A DNA stretch of 57,862 nucleotides, the filler included, from Sluysia triapertura (taxonomy: Eukaryota), in the NCBI GenBank assembly GCA_046118255.1. It is 4 parts of 4 records of this genome, joined end to end, with 100 filler letters (N's around TTAATTAATTAA, not from the genome) between each part and the next. Parts side by side here need not be neighbours in the genome. Positions count along the whole stretch, not along the records: positions 32,285 to 46,503 come from JBJNIA010002892.1; positions 46,604 to 57,862 come from JBJNIA010186669.1; 2 more parts are not named here. One strand, given 5' to 3'. Shown here one piece after another: positions 37,107-52,449 of the stretch; position 1 is the first letter of the stretch; every line of letters begins with the position of its first letter. The notes under the pieces were generated by a model that saw nothing but the letters and a program-made list of their open reading frames with translations, was not told the DNA's origin and made no database searches. A program made the position numbers and the translations under genes.

Positions 37107-37836
37107 GTACGTTTGTTTATACAAATTATTCTTGCAAATATTTAGCTTCATAATTATGAAGATATCTTTTCATAAATTTTTGTTAACATTATTCGACGCT
37201 TTTGTTTAATTTCTCATTTATTATTTAGTAAATGCAGTTAAAACTTATTATCATATGCAATATTTACCTGAATGATGTCTTCCGCAAATTATTTTTATAA
37301 TAACGGCTGTTTCTTTAAACTCCGAATGATGTTTTTCTGTTTGTTTTAACTGTCAAGGGTATGAATGACAAAACATACTTTATTTGATGGCATATGAAAC
37401 TAATAATTTATTAATATATTTAATTACGAATAAGAAATCTATAATAACCACAAGTGTGTGTTGAGTTAATATCGTCATGCAAAATTTAATCAATCAATTC
37501 AATTTAATCAGTCACATCATCATTAATCCCAGACAATTTAAAATCCTCCACTAGTGTTTAATGTCTTAGTATCTATTTTGTGGTTTCTATTATTATATTT
37601 TCTTGTAAAATTTTAATTTTTATATTTTCTTTAAATAAATATTTAATAGACAACTTTATATTTTCAAAATTTGGTCCTACTATCGTAAAGCATATCCATT
37701 AATTCTAAATTTTAGATGATTGACAAATGGTTCTTAACATTGTTCGTATCTTCCAAATTTATTGCCTACCATTTTAATACCTTAATGAAATTTTTTGTTA
37801 TTTCCTCCAAATCCTACTTTCTTTTAGTGTATACCA

Positions 37837-37979
37837 NNNNNNNNNNNNNNNNNNNNNNNNNNNNNNNNNNNNNNNNNNNNNNNNNNNNNNNNNNNNNNNN
37901 NNNNNNNNNNNNNNNNNNNNNNNNNNNNNNNNNNNNNNNNNNNNNNNNNNNNNNNNNNNNNNNNNNNNNNNNNNNNNNN
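37837..37979. other. Assembly gap
   Basis: Run of N. Confidence 0.98.
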
Positions 37980-38039
37980 TATCTACTACAAAGTATGTGC
38001 TTAAAATAAATCATTCACTATAATATTTCTGAAACAGAA

Positions 38040-38855
38040 AAAACTTTGCCTTTTTCTTAAATATTTCATAATCTTCAAGTAATTTAACACTCTCTGGTAA
38101 CTGGTTGTATATTTTTAAAACATAAACGGTATACAACCTATTACCATCTTATTATCACTATGCATTCTGTACAGATTATTATACCTCATTGAAATATTCA
38201 TCGTGGTTTCCAATTTTCGTACTATTTCTAAAAGATATCCGGGACTTCCGTAATGTAAGAATTTGTAAATCATTATCATGATTTTGAATTCTATTCTTGC
38301 TTTTATTGGTAACCTATATTATTCCTTAAGATAAGGTGTTACATGAGATATTTTTCCCACTTGGAGAATTAGTCTTGCTCCTTGATTAATTATTAATTGT
38401 AATTTTTTTACTTTTCTATGTGAAATTGAGTACAATAAACCATTGTTAAAATCTATGTTACTAGTTATCAATGAACAAACAATGAGTTTATTTGATATTT
38501 TCTTCCATGTTCATTTTTGAATCCATATAACAGCCTATATTCGTACTTTTTGCTTCGCATACAGTATTTTACCACCTAGAATTAACTTTGTTTCATTTAT
38601 TTTAGTGTTGTAGCTATTTTTATTGAATATTATAAATTCTGACTTTTCTTCATTTATTTTCAAGTATTTATTTCCAAACCATTTTTTATCAATTCAGATA
38701 CTAGTTCTTCAAATACTTATTTTATGTTTTTCATTTCAAGTTCAGTATATATTTGCATGTCATCAACTTACATATGGTATTTATAACCATATGATTTGAT
38801 TACACTTGAAACATCATTAATATATATAAACAATGAACCAAATATTAATTCATAG
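38040..38855 (-). mobile_element. Non-LTR retrotransposon (L2/CR1-group-like) RT and C-terminal remnant
   Basis: LIFGSLFIYINDVSSVIKSYGYKYHM*VDDMQIY (LGPLLFxIYINDL..YADDTQIY), WFGNKYLKINEEK (WxxxNxLKLNxxKT), KIYNQLPESVK..IFKKK (WNxLP..FKxxL). Confidence 0.85.
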
Positions 38856-41800
38856 AAAGACATAATTTTAGAAAATAAAAAGACCTATGTTGCACAGAAA
38901 TTTTATTTCTTTTTAAATTGAAAAAAATTGGTTTGTTTTTATTCATAAAGGAATTGCACAATATAAAACAAAAAATTATAATAATTCAGTTTAGGTTTTT
39001 TGTTATAGAGTGAGACTCAAAAAAGTGGGACATTAATCAATTTTAAAATTTCATATTTAAATGCATTTTTTTCAGAATCAATATGAGATATCGTTCGTCG
39101 ATATTGCATTACATCTTTCATATAATATATAATAAAATTTGTAAAATTTAAATAAAATGTGACCTCGTCATATTATAAGGTACTCTGATCAGATTCGATC
39201 GCGTTATACCTCAAATAAAAGATTATCTTATTCTAAATTATATTTTTTGTTAATATTTATTTTAAGTTATTGTCAAAATTTTGTTTTAAATTAATTAAAT
39301 ACATATTAATTAATTATTTTTAAAGGTTTTAAATTAAAGAACCTCGTACACCTTATAATAAGTAAAATGACTTGAAGTAGTTATATATGGACTCATCCAT
39401 ACTTTTTTAACCCGATGTATTAATATTTTTATTTTCTTACATTATCATTAAGATCTTAGATATATCCATCAAATCGGAGTTTTTCCAATGTATGACTTAG
39501 CGAGTTATATACCGTCATAAATTTTTTTATATTGAAATTAAGTTACAATTCTAAAGCAAACGAAACTGATTCACAATAAGACGTAAGATATTTTATTATC
39601 AAAGCCTAGCAAAAACAATATAACATATGGAAACTTTTATAAATGAAGCACAAAATAAAATATCAATCAAACCATAAGGAATTGAAACTTCTGAAACTTT
39701 GAATATTGCCTACATCATTTTTTTCATTAAGCTCGGTATATTTTGATCATTTTTGGTAAATCATTTTTTTTGCACTACCATAATTAAAAAATATATTAAT
39801 GTAACTGTAAAATTTTTAAAAATATGTTAAATGATAATATGCGATTGGTTTTAGTCTCTACTCTATTTTAAATATCCTCTATATTAGTTTATATAATGAT
39901 AATATATATTATAGTTTTTACCACTCTTGCTTGTCAATTTAGTTCTGGTCTGTAACTCTTAAAATTTGTTCTTAATAATATCGAATGTAGAGATTGTTTA
40001 ACTCCTCTCTGTGCTTTGTGTAAAAGGCTAAAAATCTATTATTATCTTAAAGTTTAATTTCTACAATCCTAATAAATTTTCGCTTTATAATGAGTTCGCT
40101 ACTCGTATCAGCTGTTCGAGGTGGTGAATCGTATAATACAAGTTTTGAATTTGACTGTTTACATTTTACTCGCTAAACGAACCTTATATTTCGGTACTCT
40201 ATATAAATCTTTAATTGATCAAAAAATAAACCAAAGTTTTAAAAAATCTTCACTACTCTGATTATAATTATTCACAAAATTTTCAAACAAACTTCACATT
40301 AAATAAATTTAATTTTTGTAGTTTTTATAATTAAGCTTGAATAAAAATCTTCAACTTTATAAAATAAAATTATTTTATTTAATATTAAATCTTTGTAGTG
40401 ATATAATAAATTTCATTTCGTATCATTTGATGTGAATTGGATCAACTAACATAAAATTAATTACTCGCTGTGAAGTTATATGGTATATAATTCTTCGAAA
40501 CTCTATAGATTTGTATATATATTTCTTATGCATATTTTTGACTCGTGATAAATAATTTTTCGATTTTTGTTGTGTGATTTTTATTTCTCTTTCGCTATTT
40601 ATCTTATACCACTAAGTATTGATTAGATTATTATGTAACATTTTATTAAAAAATTAACATATATACAATCAGAGTAAAATCATACTAAAATTTACGAATT
40701 TCGTAAAAATTCACAGATATAATATATTACTAAATATAATCATGAATATAAAATTTGTAAAATTTTCTATGCCACTACATATTTGCAGACATCGTTATTA
40801 AATTTAAATAACACAACTTTTTTTGTGTAAATTTAACATAAATAAATTACATTACATACTCTATTAAACATACAAACATTTATACTTTATAAAAATTTAA
40901 TTATTAATACTTACATTTCATGTACGATATTTGTATTCAATAAATTTCATAACATTACATTCCTTTTAATTCATTAATTCAATATTTTCAGGCATTCACA
41001 GTTGACTCATTATTTTCAATAATTAAATAGTGGCTAATCATTTTACTTTTAATATTTATTAATTTTTTGCACTTCGTATATCAAACATTTTACAACTTAT
41101 TTTATACTTACAACATATCAAGTAAACATTTGATAGTTTATTTTTTTAATTCATTGCATTGTATTATGTTATTCACGAAAAAATTCATCTAACATTTATT
41201 TTCTAATGTTCAATTATAGAATAAAGTTTTATAGCTTATTTTCAAAGTATTACAGAAATAATTTTTTTGATTATTACGTTGCTCTTTTGCAACAACTTTA
41301 CAAACATTTACAGAAGAACATTTATTATTTAATAACGGTATTTATTCGATTCAAGAGTATATCAAACATTCGTTTTATCCAGGCATTCGATTGCAGCATT
41401 CCATTTACTTTGAGTATTACAGTGTTTATTTTTTTTACATTTATGTTTTGTGCTGTAAAAGTATATGTTTTTTTCGTTGATTCTTTTCTATGTGATTGGC
41501 CTTAGCAGTCTCACTATAATTTTTCTATCAAATCGAATTATTAATGTAGCTCTTACCTTTTGCTTTAATCTCTTGTTAATCTATGAAATATACTATTTAG
41601 TGAGCTCTATACTCATCTCTGTTGTTATGAGATGGAAGTGTTTTATTATATAATATAATTTATAAGTTTGGCTGTTTTCAATTTTAATTTTCAACCGAAC
41701 CCCACGTTTCGATCCCTTTCTTATACGAAACTTAGGTTAAAATACAAGAAAAATAAGAAAAACAAGCACAATGGAAATATATATTTAATCCAATTATTTG

Positions 41801-42092
41801 TAAAGGTTCCAAGATAAAATACATGCAGGGTTCTTATAGTATTCTTAAATATTTCTCATATAGTCAAGGTCTTCGTTTGATGTTTCCTTAAACTTATTCA
41901 CTGCAAATTATCTGAGAAGTCGGTTCGCCTAATATATACGCTTTATACCACTATTGAGGACGTACTATTAGGTTTTCTTAATTCGATTGAACTTAACTAC
42001 CTTTTTACTTTAACTTTAATATCAATTACTTTAATTACTTTATGGTACAACCATTTGCTAGATGTTTAAAATTTTATATTTTACAAATTACT

Positions 42093-42344
42093 CAACCCGT
42101 ATTAAGGTGTTGCTTTGAAAATATATTAGTACTTTAAAAGATTGCGCAAAGGTGTTACTTTGCAAAACGGATTTTAGGTTAATAACAAAAGAAGCTTAAA
42201 ATTCTTAAGGTATATTACAGCACAAAATCTAAAACTTACAAAAATGACTTATAATAAAAATAAGATTTTAGTTCAACCACTCAATTATTAATTGGCAGTT
42301 TTGTATTTTAGAAAGATTTTCCGCAACCCGTATTAAGGTGTTGC
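42093..42344. repeat. 21-bp perfect direct repeat pair with internal dyad symmetry
   Basis: CAACCCGTATTAAGGTGTTGC at 42093-42113 and 42324-42344; partial copy aaggtgttactttg at ~42149. Confidence 0.8.
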
Positions 42345-44408
42345 ATCAAAAATAAAATCAGTTAAGTATATTTTAAGTTTCCTTTCTTAAAGTGAAACCG
42401 TACAAACTTATAATAATTACTGGTTGTGCATGGAATTGAAAATGATAATATTCTTCAAATAAAAGTTTCTTCTGGAACGATAAAATTTTGTTGATCACCA
42501 AAAACGTTGTGCCAAGATTTTATTCTAAAAATTTGTTCTAAACTGTTGTCAAAATTTTATGTTAAAACTCACCCATTTAATTCTAATTTATTTTAATATG
42601 TCTTACGATAAAATAAATTGACACATTTAAACAAAATTTATTTTTGATTTCATGTTTTATTTTAATTTCTTAATTTTCTAATTTTTAAATTTTATTAATG
42701 TCAATTCCATTAATCTTAATTAATTTTATTTAATTTCTTATTAAATTAATTTCAATTCCAAAAATTTTATATTTTGAATATTTAATAAATATTTAATTTA
42801 ATAATATATTTAATTATATTTAATTTAATAATAAATATTTAATAAAAATGAAAACACATTTAAATTACATGAATTCTTTATACGTGACTTCTTAAACCTA
42901 ACAGTACTATGTAAACGCTTATTTAAGAAAGTAATTTGTACTTGTTTTCGTAAAAGATTCAACTTTCACAACCGTGGTTAATAATAAAATAGCTGTATTT
43001 AATAGCTGTGACAGTTATATTTAGAATATATATTAATATTTAACGTATATTAAAAACAAATTAAAACAATATTAATTTTTTTACTCTAAAATTTATAATT
43101 GTGGTATATTATATGATGTAATAATTATTTTTACTTTGTTTTTTCCATATGCAAATAGCATAATGGAATTACTTACTTTATTCTTATCACCAATGATTTA
43201 CAATTCAATTAATTTAATACAAATTACCCATTGTCCAATCTGCAGCCGATATTAATCTTCAGCAATTTTAATAAAAAAATCACACTAATTAACCCTAATA
43301 ACACTAATTAACGCACTATTAAATTTTAATATAAAAATATAATATTTATTATGGATTTTAAAAAATGTGGTAACACACTTGTTTCATATCAGTGAATTTA
43401 AATTGAGTTTAAGTCCTATGTAAGTAAGACGATCCTTATAAAAATTAAACTTACGATCATGGAAAAGCTAAATAATTTTAAATCAGTCGAATGATGACTG
43501 CTCCAAATGTAATGTTAGAATTACGAAGTTCATTGGCAATTTATAATATGAATTGCACTAAATTTTTATTCCTTTCGGCTCCTGTTAAATTTTCACATTC
43601 AGGTCTGTTCTTTGTACATAATAATTTACTTTTTATAATCTAACCAGAAAAATAATAAAAAGATTATCAATATAACTTTTGTTAGTTGATGAATAATAAA
43701 ATAGATATAAAGGAATTGTAAAATATTTTAATATACTGCTACTAGTAATAAAAATGAAATAAAATACTTTTTACAATTATATTAAAATTAAAATTTGTTT
43801 ACGGTATTAAAAATATTTTTTATAAAATTTACAATATTCTTTACAAGGATTATTATTAAAAATTTTATTTTTCCTTGAAAATTATTTCTGTTTATATATA
43901 TTGCACCTTACAAAACAAATAATTGACATTAATCTCTAATAAACAGCAGCCTCAGTGCATCACCGTAGTTTTAGCAAAAGTAATCGGATATTCTTGTTTT
44001 TATTCTTTTCTGCTTGTATATAGTTGAAATACTTACGTTATTTTGTCTGATTATATATAGTTAATAACAATTTCATTCCACTCTCCTTACCAATACCAAT
44101 AATATATACACAAAAATTCATATAATCACAGAATTATGTACTGACAACTATATTAATAATATAATTCATTCTACTTTTGCATAAAATGAATTACGTACTT
44201 TCATTTTGTTAATTAATATTGGCTCATTATTTTTATTACAAATTACTATTATTAATTTGCTATTTTATAAAATTGAATATTAAGTAATATGATATTAACA
44301 TCAATTACACTTTTTTGTGATTCACTATTTACATTTTCTTTTAAGTATAATTTCTTGTTTATCATTACATTTCATGACTTATTTTTAAGCATTCAATCAG
44401 AAATAATA

Positions 44409-44473
<65 letters not shown>
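44409..44473. repeat. (TAT)n microsatellite
   Basis: Perfect trinucleotide run. Confidence 0.97.
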
Positions 44474-44474
<1 letters not shown>

Positions 44475-46275
44475 GAGTATTTTATTGTCAAACATTTAGT
44501 TGAAAAGGTTATTTTCAGACATTCAAACATTCAATTATTATAATTAATCCAATTAGAGAGTATTTATATTATATTGTTATTGTATTCCAATATTCGATAT
44601 TATTACGTTAGAGCAATTACATTATCTTCCAACATCCAATTAAAGTATAACATTTTCATTCTTAAAACATTCGATTATTTTGAAACCGTCAATTATAAGC
44701 AAGCTTTTCATTAGAGTATAAAAATGAATCACATTTTCAGTTCATTTTTAAAGAGTATTAAATATGAACATTGAGTATTGTAAAGAGTACTGATGTGAAC
44801 CTAAAGTATTATGTTGATTTCACATTTACATAACAAAAATTAGTTGAATCAGCTGCGAAAAATTTGAATTCTTTGTATATACGCATGTAACTGAAACTTG
44901 ACCTTCATCACAGTAGCAAGTTGATTTCAAAACTGTATCAAAACTTTAAAATCGATATATGCCACAAAAGAAATTATAAGATTATCAATCACACATAAAT
45001 TTTCTAAAATTCTGAGATTAGAAAATATTTCAACACATTTCAAATAAAAATGAATCGTATTACGTTTTTCAAGATTAATTAAGAAATAAAATATCTCAAA
45101 TAAATTTACATTGATACATTCGTTTAGAAGAATTATTACTTCAATTCGCAAAAGTTTTTTACTTCGATGTTTATACTTATCTTGTTGAATGAGCACGTTC
45201 ACTTACATTAAGACCTAATAAATAAACGTTTACTTCTACGTTAATTAAGAGCAAGAATAGATCATTTGTCCTTGTAACTTGATATTGAATATGTTTCTCC
45301 ACATTAATTACATAAAACCTCTTTTTCATCGCTCTTTATTACATTTTTTCAGTTTAGGACTCATCATTATAAAACATTAGTTATAAAATTTCAAAAACTT
45401 AATAAACGTTTCAAATTGTTAATGATATTGTTAAGATAGTAATTAAAATGGATATTAGAACATTTATTAATAACTGCAAATAAAGGTAACAATGAAACTA
45501 GAATGTAATAATGGGTAATTGTATTCGATTCCATACAAAATAGTTCAAGAGTTAAGAACATTAAGGATGTTAAGGACATTTGGTAATGATATATATGTAA
45601 AAATTTAATGATGCATTGTTGAATGTGTAGTTTTAATGTTGTGGGTATGATTGAAAGTGTCATTGCGTTTTGACTCACCATAGTTTTGAATCATACTATA
45701 TTAATACAATTATATTGAAAAATAATGAAAGTTATTTAAAATTATTTATTGAAACTTGGAATTAATATATAATTACGAATGTAGCGTTTTTTTACAGTGT
45801 ATAGAACCTTATTTCCAGAAATTAAGTTTAAAATAAGTTAAGTTTCTTGTACATTGCTATTAATAAATTACACAATTATTCACATGAATTATTTTCACGA
45901 ATTTGCTTGTGACTCGTTTTATGATCAATTTTGTTTTCCGAAGTCATATTAATTGCTCTATTTGAAATAAATCTTCCATTATCTCATTAATTATTATTTT
46001 TTATGTCTTTAATTAAGTTTTATTAATTTGTTTCATCAAACTAAATTGGTTTTAGTATCTTCGGTTCTTAAATCGCTCGTGAAATATTAATCTATTAAGT
46101 ACTAATATTTTAGTGCACTTAATATTTAAGCATTTATTTAAATTATGATTTATAAATATTTAATTTCTAATTTTATTTTACATGAAATGAATAATCAATA
46201 CTATTTTAACAATACTTTAATTTTTATATTATCTGCAAAACAAATATTTCTGGTGTTTTTTCATGTTTATTAATA

Positions 46276-46305
46276 ACTAGCTGTGTCCGTTCACACGTTG
46301 CTGTG
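46276..46305 (-). mobile_element. Helitron 3' terminus (degenerate hairpin plus CTAG before T)
   Basis: Minus strand reads CACAGCAACGTGTGAACGGACACAGCTAG|T, close to the animal Helitron end type CACAGCAACGCGTGGCCGGGxACAGCTAG|T as I recall it. Confidence 0.55.
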
Positions 46306-46503
46306 TTAAAAATGTAAACAAAAAGGCAATTTTGATACATCAAACACAATTGATTAATTATCAAATGTGTACAATACATCAAAATGAAAATTAACAATAA
46401 AATTATCCCTACATATATGTCATTTGAATATAACATATGTATATGAATATAACATAAGATATACCATGGTTGCACCTAGAACTCCAACTCTGATTAAAAA
46501 AAT

Positions 46504-46603
46504 NNNNNNNNNNNNNNNNNNNNNNNNNNNNNNNNNNNNNNNNNNNNTTAATTAATTAANNNNNNNNNNNNNNNNNNNNNNNNNNNNNNNNNNNNNNNNN
46601 NNN
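46504..46603. other. Artificial contig linker
   Basis: N44-TTAATTAATTAA-N44. Confidence 0.95.
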
Positions 46604-49569
46604 TTATTATTATATTATTATTATTTTATTATTATTCTGATTTTTTTGATTTGTACAATAATTAATTTTAATAAAAATATTTGGGAGATTTATTTTTAGT
46701 TATTTAAGTTATGTGAATAAAAATCATTAAGGTTAAAAAATTATTTCTTTAAATTCTATGAATTTCGTAGAACAAAATATCCTAATCCATAAATGTTTTT
46801 GAAGTTATCAAGTCAATTTTTGAAAATGTTCCATATTAAATAAATGATAATATGTTGAAGTAATATCTGGTAAATATGGTGTGAAATATGAAAGTCACCA
46901 TGCATTTATACTCTAGTCATTTTTTATCTAAATATAAATAACGTTACCTAATACACAACATAATGAACTTCATTTTTAATGTTCATATAAGGTCCTTATT
47001 ACTACTTTATAAAAACTAAATTCTTTTTTGAAATTTGACTTTAATTAACTGTCAAATTTTTATAAACGTACAAAAGCGGTTACATTTTAGAAAGTAGTCG
47101 AGAATTTAAATTTATGAGTTTATTACTTAATATAATGTTATAAATTTATTTTAGTGTCTGTTAGTTGTGAAAATGCTGTGTACTTCCAACTTTGTAATAG
47201 GATTAGTTACTCTACAGTTTATGCTAAAAACTTAAAATTTATTAAAGATTTAACAAAACTTAGATATAAATTAAAATAGAACTTATAAGAACATCATCGT
47301 GACAATTTTTGAACTTTTAATTATAATTTTTTGTTACTTTTTTACTTTAACATCTTCCAATCATTTAGTTTAATTAGTGTAACATTTGTTATTGAATCCA
47401 TTTGAAATTCTTGCGATTGACGTTTCTGATAAACGCATTGTACATATCAAACTTCCTTAAATTAGTAACAAATTTTGATTAATGTTCAGATGTTTTCCCT
47501 ACTAAAACAATCACTTAAAATTCAAATAATATTTATTGCTGAATTCACGTTAGAAAATAATGATTATAACTTGTAATCAAATAAATGTTAACTGTCACAA
47601 ATAATTGTTAATAATCAAGAATAAGTGTTACAGTTACAAATTATTCACAATTACAATTAAATTTACATAAAAATTAATAACGTGAAAATTACAAAAATAA
47701 ATAAACCAAGGTTGACGCAATCAAATCTGTGATATCTTCTAAATTTAAATCAATATAGCCATTTTAAAAGGAAGGAATATTAACTATCATCTTTTAATAA
47801 TAATTCGATTCTAATTGTAAAGGTACGATTTGGGTACGTCGAAAACACGTTTAAATAGTAATATAATATTTTTAATCTGGTAATTTAAAAATTAATAGAT
47901 TTAATAAAAAGAATAAATTAATAAATAAAATTCTAGCAGGTGAAATTAAATAATTAAATCTACGAGAACGTATCAATAATATAAATATTGAAACATTTAA
48001 AACAGGATACGCATTTGTTTATAAGTGTTATACAAATTTATCCACGAAAATTTTTAACAAGCTTTTAGAATTAGTTAATTGTAATATAAAAGATCTTCAT
48101 TCAACAGAGGACTTGATTCGTACTTAGCATTATAATTGCTTCTGTATAATCGATACTACGCAAAATAATTATTTGAACTACCCATTTTCCCAAGATTGTT
48201 ACAATAGTGTCTGCAGATCATATTCTCTATCTAGATATTAATTCATTCCTACTCAGTAAATCAAAGAGATTGGTAAGTTTTTTCTTCATTCTTTTTATTA
48301 AAATCCACAGAAAGATCTTTTAATTTTTATTCTAGCATACGATAATCAAAAAATATAAAATTTTAATTATTAACATTACGGCCAAAACCTTAATGCAATG
48401 ATTAATTGGTTTTCATATAGAATTGCTATTGTACCATTCAGTAGGAAGTTGTGTTATTAGATACAGCATCATTGTACAAATTCGCGACATGAGCATATTT
48501 AGTCGGTCAACTTATTTTCATGTTTACATAAACCTCTAAAATAAATATACGAGACAAAGCTTTAAGATAAAATTATATTGATTAAATCACACTTGGATAG
48601 GTTAAGATATAATGCTTCGGAATTATATTTATTGTGAGACTAATATTATTTTTGAAGTCATTAAATTGAGAAGAATCTCAAATAATATAATAATTGCAAA
48701 GACAACAAACATTTCAATTAACTTTAAGTATACGAAATAATCTCGTGATATACCGTGAGCAAAATAGATTGGATTCCAGCATAATAGGAATAATTCCAGC
48801 ATAAATTAACAAAAGTGAATAAACTCATATAAGTGTGTCCTCAGATAATTAAGTCGAATAAAAATTTTAATTATAAAGGTTTTATTTCAAATCGTAGTTC
48901 TGTTGGATCTTAAATCAAGATTATTAACAAGAATAATTTAATAATTAAATTAATTCCAAATTTTTTTAATGTATTTTCAGTGATCGTGAAATAGTTACTA
49001 ATTATTGATTATCCTCTAAATTTTAATATTCACTGAATAAATGCAAATCTTAATTTATATATTAAAATCCTTGTAAATTCAATTAACAAGTACAATTTAT
49101 TATCAATCCTCTTATGAATAATAACAAAATTTTTTCAACCCAAAAATTATTTATTATTAATTTCAAATAAAAAATAACAACTCAATACTATATTAAATAG
49201 AAAAGAAAACCAAATATAATAATATGAGTAAATTAACTAAAAATGATGTGATCTTCAACAATATTAATTAAAATATAAATATCCACAGAAATTAGCAATT
49301 ATATTTACGTCTTGTCAAATGTCTTTCTTTTAACGTAATAACAAAAAATACTATAAAAGTTTGGGCAGGGAATCTCCCACTATTCAATTAAAATCGACAC
49401 TTAAAAGTTAAAAATCAAAATTCATTTTTAAAATAATAGTTAAATAATAGCAATTTGGACAAGGAGCCCTCAAAATATTCAAATTTATCAATAGGCAAAA
49501 AAATTTCTAAAATTAAATTAAAAAATATTTTAATTAATTCAAATTATAAAATAAACAAAAATATTACAA

Positions 49570-50020
49570 TTACCATGGATTTTCTTTTTTTTCTCGTAAA
49601 CTTTGACTTAAGTGTTGTGTAAAACATTATCTATGTATTCGCTCTTATATCTCTTTACGTCCAATCACTCACAAACTCACAATCAGGAATTACCATTACA
49701 CAAATCATCAAAACCTCCTTTAAAGATTAAACCGACTAAAACGACTTTGACACTTACATAGTACGACCTCAGAAGCAAAAAAATAATTCGATTAACAATC
49801 AACTCTCATTTTTCTTCTACTCTACTCGATCTAGTTTTTCATTAATCACTTCTTACATTAAAATAACAATTATTATTATTAACATGCTTTAAAATAATGA
49901 ATTTAACTTTAGTTTTTACATTTTAATTAATTTTCAATTCCTCATACTCAATTTTTTAATGGAAAATGCTTGAGATTCCAATTCCCAAACTAACCATTTC
50001 AAAAACATTTTAATCTCACT
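49570..50020 (+). repeat. 3' module of dispersed element, copy C
   Basis: Colinear with 31720-32184 and 2215-2440 (aagattaaaccgac..actttgacacttacatagt..actctactcgatcta..acattaaaataaca..taacatgc..aaaataatga). Confidence 0.85.
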
Positions 50021-52449
50021 TTCGGATTCTCCTATTTCATAGCAATCATGGCATACCCAAATCATCATCTTTTCATCATTCTAAATGTGAAAATTTCAAC
50101 ATTTTTTAATTAAAAATTAATTAAAAATTAAAAAATTCGACTTTAAAGCTTTACTCGCATGAACGTGGTCAAACCTTATCTTCATCGGAAGGTCTCTTTA
50201 AAAGCACATACATACACAATTACAGTTTGAAAATAGCATTTCTCATTGAAAAGTAATTCACACAAACGTAGTTTAATTAATTGATTAATTAAACTTATTT
50301 TATTCTAAGTTTAAAGGTTATAAAGTTGTTAAATACTTTATAAAGTGCTTAGGAGGCTTTAGATGTTATTACCTTCACCACTCTGATTCTTTTTTCTATT
50401 TGTTTAATTCAATTATTATTGCATTAAATTTAACCATGGTTTTCAAAAAAATAATATCAAACCAATACGAAACAAAACACGACGCAAAAATCATAGCATA
50501 GATTCTAATATATAATTCCATTCAAAAAATTTCAAAATTATAATTATTTATGAACAATATTAATTTTCCAAACAAGAAGAAGGTTTCACATGACATCTTA
50601 TCTTCAGAAAGTACTGGTTAGCAATAAAAGCAATAATAGAATACAAAATCATAAAAAGAATTCATAAATCCTAAGTAACTCTTGGAAATAATAAAAATGT
50701 AGAAATCAGAACGAAGATTGATTTCTACCAAATAACGTTAAATTACTAAAATATTATGAAATGCTTTAGAAAAAGGCAAAGTTATTTTTGTTTCAGAAAT
50801 AGTATAATAAATTATTTGTTTTAAGAGCTTTTTGAGCACTCACTTAATAAATATTACTATTATTATTATCATTATCAATATTACTATTAATATTATAATT
50901 ATTATATTATATTATCATTATTAATGTTATTACTACTATTTAAAATGTAATTTATTTATTTTTTCTTTATTATTATTGTATTATTATTAATTATTATTTA
51001 TAAAATAACGATTTAAATATTTAAATTTTATAATAATAGCAATAATTATTATTTATTATTATTATTAAAGATTATTAATGATTATTATTTATAATTATTA
51101 TTTATTATATTATTACATTATATTATATTATTTTCATTAATATTATTATTAATATAATCGCTTATTATTGTTGTTATTATTATTATCAATTATTATTATT
51201 ACTAATTATTAATATTATTAATATATTATTAATATTAATATTATTAATTATTATTATATTATCATATTTCAGATATTTTATATCACTTTTTCTTATATAT
51301 AGATAAAAGTTTTGTATTACTTGTTGTTTTCTTAATTTATGTGGTGAGTCCTTTACAATCTTAGTCTTACTCACTTAAGGGCTAAGTTGTTAGTAGCAAT
51401 CAAAGAAATGATAACTGGAGGTAAATAAGATTTTTAAACTCTAACTATTTAAGTAAAATTGATCCTTTCTTTGAAAACTAATTGGAATTTAATATATAAA
51501 AATTTACGCAGAAGTTTATTAGAAAAATTATGTCTTAAATTGTCTTCTTTTTAATATTTTGTATCAAGTAATGTTTAACAAAATCTTTTTGAAGCTGTAA
51601 ACAAAAGTGATAATTTACGTGATATATTAAGACCGTATTATAAAAACGGCACCTTACAATTATCAATACTTTCTTTAATAATAAATTTAAGAGTAATTTA
51701 CGATCGTACCTTATGTATAATTTTCAGATAAAAAATATATATAGGGAAAATTTAAAATATAATAGAAACAAGAAAATCTAACAAATAATTAGCAACATAA
51801 TAACAAGTTTACAAGATTATAATATAATCAAATTTAAAGGTTTTCGTTTAAATTTTTCATCACCCAAATTAAAAGGCGCGATTTTGCGCACAAAAAAATA
51901 GGCACATCTTGATGTAAAAAACTAACGAGTAAGCCGAATGCGTACTTGCTGTAATCAATCAAAATCCAGATAATTAGAATATTTTAAGATTTAAGATAGA
52001 TGTATCAATAGAATTCCAACAGATCCGAATAACAAAATCGAAGAATTTTAAAAAATTGATGGGTAAATCCAAATAATTCAAATAAAGAATAAATAAATAA
52101 CTTTTAAGACTGCTCTGTGCTGTGTGTGAAGTGTATAAAATTGAAGCATTAAATAGATTTTTCAAACGATCTTGATCAGGCTAGTTCAAACAATAAGTTA
52201 TTTTGTAAATTATTCTATTTTATAAATTTAATAATAATATGCAAGCAGAATTTTATTTAAATAATATTTTTTAAACTTTTATTAAAATATTTATTTAAAA
52301 CTGTGTAATAATATATGTATATTTAGAAACATTAAATATTTTATTGATTTTCTTTGTATAGAACTAAAGCATAAACATTCGACATATTGAATTTGAATAT
52401 ATTTTTATTTTTTAATCTAGTTTTATTTGTATTTAGATTTGAACTTTAG

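Noticed and set aside
41690-41965. Penelope-like GIY-YIG or terminal repeat remnant
   Set aside because: Only a vague YxxGE motif and a cgaaacgt string; too little to call.
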